NCBI GenBank assembly: GCA_964291315.2
Contig: OZ219753.1
Location: 1,952,001 to 2,016,000 of the forward strand
DNA from: Candidatus Poribacteria bacterium
GTDB lineage: Bacteria; Poribacteria; WGA-4E; WGA-3G
DNA: 64,000 nucleotides
Direction of reading: 5' to 3'
Position numbers and translations under genes: made by a program. This document shows, in pieces, positions 59,981 through 64,000 of this stretch (its first letter is position 1; every line of letters begins with the position of its first letter). The notes under the pieces were generated by a model. That model ran no database searches. It had not been told where the DNA came from and saw only the letters and a list, made by a program, of their open reading frames with translations.

Positions 59981-61306
59981 ATGAAAATGAAGCATCCGGA
60001 ACAATATTATTTATGGCCGCCCCCGAATGATAATATATCATGTGAGACTGATGTTCTGCCTGCAAATGATGAAGCGTCGTCCTCTACAGATGTGCTACAT
60101 CCGTACCTACATAAAATATTTGAGGTAAGTGATAAGTATCTGAAGAACATCTTCAACGAACGACTCCTGAATGAATTTAGAACGGACTGCTTTCGCTATA
60201 TTCGGGGGGACCGGGATCTCACTATAGAACAGTTTGTCGAAGCCTACTACGGTTTCGTAAAGAGGGAATATCAAAAGCAATACACCGGAGCTCATCCGGA
60301 GCTAAATCAATCCATTTTTTCCGAACCTCACATACCGAAAGCGTTGTGGGGTAACTGCCTTGATTTTTTGCAGCGTATGGACAGTGAAAGTGTTCAGTTG
60401 ATGGTCACTTCTCCTCCATATTACAACGCAAGGGATTATTCCCAATGGGAAACTTTGGATGACTACTTGGATGAAATGTCTTGTATTATCAAGGAATGCT
60501 ATCGAGTTTTGGATAATCATCGCCCCTTCGTTTTTAATGTAGGTGATATATTCGACAACGACAATAGAAATACTAAATCGTCTTGGGGGAAGCGACGAAT
60601 ACCTTTAGGGGCATATTTCACGACAATATTTGAAGAACACGGTTTTCAATTTGTGGACGACTTCATCTGGGACAAGGGAGAAGTTCAGACCCAAAGGCAT
60701 AAAAATGGAAACAAGCCTTACCCGTTATACCAATATCCAATTAATTGTTATGAACATATTTTTGTTTTCTATAAACATCGATTGGATGAAATGCCTTATC
60801 CGTGTCCTATATGCGGTTGTTTGAAAGTCAATGGAAATGCGTATTCTAAAGTGGGCGTCAAATCTTGGGAGTGCAAGAATTTAGAGTGCTTCGAGCGATC
60901 GGCAGGCAATCGTGGTAAACGCTTTTCAGCCCGGACCCAGTTAATGACAGGGTTGCAACAAGCCACAAATCTTGTGAGTGAGGACTTACTACATAGATGG
61001 CGCCGCGACATTGTCAAACTTGCACCAGTGATAAAAATAAACAGTAAGGGAGAGAACACCCTGGGACATACTGCCCCCTTCCCTAGGGAAATTCCTGAAT
61101 ACGCAGTACAAGTATTCACTGGGATGAATGAATCCGTTCTTGATCCCTTTGCAGGTTCATTTACGACAACGATAGAATCATTCCATCAAGGACGAAACAG
61201 CATCGGAATAGAACTAAATCGAACGATGTTTAGAGATGCCGTATTGACGCGATTTTCTAGAACTCTCGGCATAAAACCGAAAGAGGTGGAACGTGCATGG
61301 ATCTGA
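59981..61306 (+). CDS. Beta-class DNA methyltransferase (SPPY, probably N4-cytosine) with Cys-rich insert
   Basis: VTSPPYYN, HTAPFP and LDPFAGS motifs; CPICGC...WECKNLEC insert. Confidence 0.92.
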   Translation: MKMKHPEQYYLWPPPNDNISCETDVLPANDEASSSTDVLHPYLHKIFEVSDKYLKNIFNERLLNEFRTDCFRYIRGDRDLTIEQFVEAYYGFVKREYQKQYTGAHPELNQSIFSEPHIPKALWGNCLDFLQRMDSESVQLMVTSPPYYNARDYSQWETLDDYLDEMSCIIKECYRVLDNHRPFVFNVGDIFDNDNRNTKSSWGKRRIPLGAYFTTIFEEHGFQFVDDFIWDKGEVQTQRHKNGNKPYPLYQYPINCYEHIFVFYKHRLDEMPYPCPICGCLKVNGNAYSKVGVKSWECKNLECFERSAGNRGKRFSARTQLMTGLQQATNLVSEDLLHRWRRDIVKLAPVIKINSKGENTLGHTAPFPREIPEYAVQVFTGMNESVLDPFAGSFTTTIESFHQGRNSIGIELNRTMFRDAVLTRFSRTLGIKPKEVERAWI

Positions 61307-61940
61307 CAGCGACAAACTCGTAACTGGACTTTATGGAGAAATGCGTTTGGCAATGGAACTGCATAAGCGTGGCTGGCAAGTCTATAGGGCCTATATAGAC
61401 GAGAAGTTCGATTTTGTCATTCTGAAAAGTTACTGTGAATGCTGCAAGTCATTCAAAAACGCCTTAACGCGCGAAGAATGTTATAAAGGCCACAAACGTA
61501 AAGCGGTAACGCAGCTTTGTGAGACATGTGAACAAGACAGCTTGAAAATGCTCGTTAGATTTATTCAGGTTAAAACTTCAGAGGGAGTTCCTCCAAAACA
61601 GGCAAATTTGGGAAAAGAACATTCCAAAAAATTTAGTTTCCATCCTAAAATCCGTTATCATTTAGCAGACTCGAGAGTGTTTTACGTGTGGATACAAATC
61701 TGGGACCAAGATACACATGACATCAACTACTACATTTTTAAAACTTCGGATGTCGAGCGTTTTGATGATTTGGACCTAGATACCTATCAAATAACCGACA
61801 ACCAAAAAACTACACTGACGATAAACAAAGCAGGGAAAGTGTTAAATAAGGGTAGGAAATATAATTTTGAGGCGTTTGAAGATTTTCACAACAATTTTGA
61901 TTGTTTGGAAGACGTAATAGATGGTGATTCTTGGAAATGA
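61293..61940 (+). CDS. Putative PD-(D/E)XK restriction endonuclease with zinc-ribbon insert
   Basis: GE..A.EL..RGW.V....D..FD and IQVKTS motifs; CECC...CETC; overlaps the MTase stop by 14 bp. Confidence 0.65.
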   Translation: MHGSDSDKLVTGLYGEMRLAMELHKRGWQVYRAYIDEKFDFVILKSYCECCKSFKNALTREECYKGHKRKAVTQLCETCEQDSLKMLVRFIQVKTSEGVPPKQANLGKEHSKKFSFHPKIRYHLADSRVFYVWIQIWDQDTHDINYYIFKTSDVERFDDLDLDTYQITDNQKTTLTINKAGKVLNKGRKYNFEAFEDFHNNFDCLEDVIDGDSWK

Positions 61941-62115
61941 CTACAACTGCTAAAATTTAGCAAACGCTAAGTCCTTTCGTAACATTTTTCTGAAAAATCA
62001 ACTGGAGGGATGACATCAAACAGCATTAGTTAGGTTATAATCTCCAATTTTAGGGATACAAATATCCATTGCTTTAGAAGAGGCGTTTCAATACGACCTT
62101 GTTCTGCAATAGGCG

Positions 62116-62763
62116 GTGTCAGAAATGTCAAATACGTTTAATCTAAAAACTTTTCAAGAAGTATTCGACTCTTATTTTTGGAAATGGTGGTGCATTTGTT
62201 CTATCCTCTATATTTCCTTGTTCGGCATCTATGCCGTAGCGGCAATCGGGCTACTAACAACCGAAACAGAATTACCTTCGTTCCTCTACCGGTTCATAGC
62301 ACCGTTTGAATATGCTGGCGGAATGGCTGACATTCCAATTGGGGGAAGAGAATTTGGTTTTCTCACGTTTGGTGCTGTTTCTGTCGGTATCTTTGCTATC
62401 GGTGCTGTTTCTGTCGGTATCTTTGCTATCGGTGCTTTTTCTGTTGGTGTCTTTGCTATTGGTGCTTTTTCCATGGGCATCTTTGCGTTTGGTGGCAACG
62501 CTGTCGGTATCATCGCCATCGGATCGGGGACAAGTCTTACCGGCTATTTTGATCGGAAGGCATCAAAAGCGCGAGGAAGATTTGACATCGGTAAGGCTGT
62601 TGGTGTTGTCGCCATAAGTCCTGAAGCTTACGGTGTCTATACATTATCTTATAGTGGTTCGGGTGCCTTCAGTTTCTCGCCATCGTGTCAAGACGTGGTA
62701 GCGGTTTCATTTTTTTCCAGATGGTTGCCAAAATTCAAGAGGGCCTTTCACAGTCCGGGTTAA
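62116..62763 (+). CDS. Membrane protein with Gly/Ala/Ser-rich pentapeptide repeats (GAVSV/GIFAI)
   Basis: N-terminal TM; 30-bp tandem units at 62371-62520, the first two identical. Confidence 0.7.
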   Translation: MSEMSNTFNLKTFQEVFDSYFWKWWCICSILYISLFGIYAVAAIGLLTTETELPSFLYRFIAPFEYAGGMADIPIGGREFGFLTFGAVSVGIFAIGAVSVGIFAIGAFSVGVFAIGAFSMGIFAFGGNAVGIIAIGSGTSLTGYFDRKASKARGRFDIGKAVGVVAISPEAYGVYTLSYSGSGAFSFSPSCQDVVAVSFFSRWLPKFKRAFHSPG

Positions 62764-62884
62764 TGTTTTATGTGGGTGTATAATTTTAGGTCGCGCACAG
62801 CTTTCTGCTTTACGACACTTGACACAAATTAACACTTTCTGTCCGTCTCTATGTGTATGATGTATCTGTTTTTTGATGTTAAAA

Positions 62885-64000
62885 TTATCTGTTTTCACTG
62901 GACAAAGGAGTCAAACTATTCTCACGCGGGACATAAAGGAATGCGTTTCTACCAACAAAATATTGGGCGTAGACCTTTTCCCAATCGCTGTTTGTCAGCT
63001 TCCAGCCTGGCGCAGGGCCGAGTTTGAAATAGACAATATCTGCTTCCTCAAGACTCTGAAATGGATAGTCTCCAATTGGAGCACCGCGATGCTGAGATAT
63101 AAAAATCACGGCATTGTGAATATCGCGAGCTTCCACCATAGGCGGTAACCTTTGGTAAACAGGGCTCCAATTCTGGTATACCTTCCCGATACGGATGTAA
63201 CTCCATACAAGGTTAACACTGAGTAACAAAAAGCAGATTCCAACACCAGTTGCAAGCCCCGGCCCGTCATGTAATTTGAACCGCTCATAGAGGATAAACA
63301 TGCCGCGTGCTACCAACGGGATGAAGGCAAGGAATATCGATTCAGTATAGTAACGAGCGTTTACAGGTGTAAATCCCCAGGTTGAACCTTCAAAATAAAA
63401 GAAAGCATAGAGCAGCAGATTCCCGAGAATCAAAGCAAAGCATACTACATCGTACCTGTTACGCGAACGGTGGAAGAGGGGGATCAACATGAGGCACCAA
63501 GGCAAAACCAACGGTACGAAAGCAACTAACCATGTTACTGACAATTCAATATCTTTAAACAGATCATGGTGATAGATTCCCCAACCGAGAGCGTTGAAAC
63601 TAATACACGGGAGAATGTGTCTCCACGTTCTCTCGATTGCCCATGCAGGTGTAAAAATGAACGCCTGTTCGATATCAGGTTCATAGCCCTCCATCCGAGC
63701 ACCGAATCCGATTTTGTCGTAGGGCTGCGCAACCGTGTGTGTGAAAGTGAACGGGTCTCCTGTGAAATGTCCGTTCCATGCCATACACATCCCCAGCATT
63801 ATGAAAAACGGGATGAAAAAGAAGCCTGAACGTTTCACTGTGGCGAAAAACGCTCGTCGATCCTGCCATTGAGTAAAAAGATGATAGATCGTTAATCCGC
63901 CTCCGACAACCCCAAAGACAACCGCAGAAAGCGGACGCGTATTAAACACATACCCCAACGCAAATCCTGAGAGCAGTGGATAGCTTATCCGAACCAGGCG
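62885..64000 (-). CDS. Polytopic membrane glycosyltransferase (GT-C/ArnT-like), 5' end outside the window
   Basis: Many TM segments; G..F.TRP, N...TGDP and ARYY motifs; frame stays open to base 64000. Confidence 0.65.
   Translation of the reverse strand, partial: RLVRISYPLLSGFALGYVFNTRPLSAVVFGVVGGGLTIYHLFTQWQDRRAFFATVKRSGFFFIPFFIMLGMCMAWNGHFTGDPFTFTHTVAQPYDKIGFGARMEGYEPDIEQAFIFTPAWAIERTWRHILPCISFNALGWGIYHHDLFKDIELSVTWLVAFVPLVLPWCLMLIPLFHRSRNRYDVVCFALILGNLLLYAFFYFEGSTWGFTPVNARYYTESIFLAFIPLVARGMFILYERFKLHDGPGLATGVGICFLLLSVNLVWSYIRIGKVYQNWSPVYQRLPPMVEARDIHNAVIFISQHRGAPIGDYPFQSLEEADIVYFKLGPAPGWKLTNSDWEKVYAQYFVGRNAFLYVPRENSLTPLSSENR

Overview
A 64 kb bacterial chromosomal window, most likely from Candidatus Poribacteria or a related sponge symbiont. 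This is inferred from three PhyH-family dioxygenases, a C-terminal 'KLVQWGHIK' motif, TPR-rich secreted proteins, FlgD/T9SS-like C-terminal domains and a PorV/PorQ-like barrel; it was not verified by a search. The window opens in the trailer end of a CRISPR array (30-bp repeat CTTTTAATCGAACCAGTATGGAATCAAAAC), followed by a type III-A operon (cas10, csm2-5) and a CARF-HEPN Csx1-type effector. The rest is mostly housekeeping, metabolic and envelope genes: comEC, argB, ftsH-folP-acpS, mqnD, a flotillin, an M6 protease, a DinG helicase, an HtrA protease and an anaerobic sulfatase maturase. The most unusual locus (23995-27619) is three head-to-tail genes, each a beta-class DNA methyltransferase fused to a C-terminal HNH nuclease. 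Their flanks are nearly identical at the DNA level, but each carries a highly divergent ~300-bp central specificity (TRD) cassette, suggesting a multiplexed single-chain restriction-modification array with swappable specificity. A convergent orphan methyltransferase adjoins it, and a separate candidate Type II R-M pair with zinc-ribbon inserts lies at 59981-61940. No tRNA, rRNA or transposase was recognised. All calls come from motif reading by eye, without database searches.
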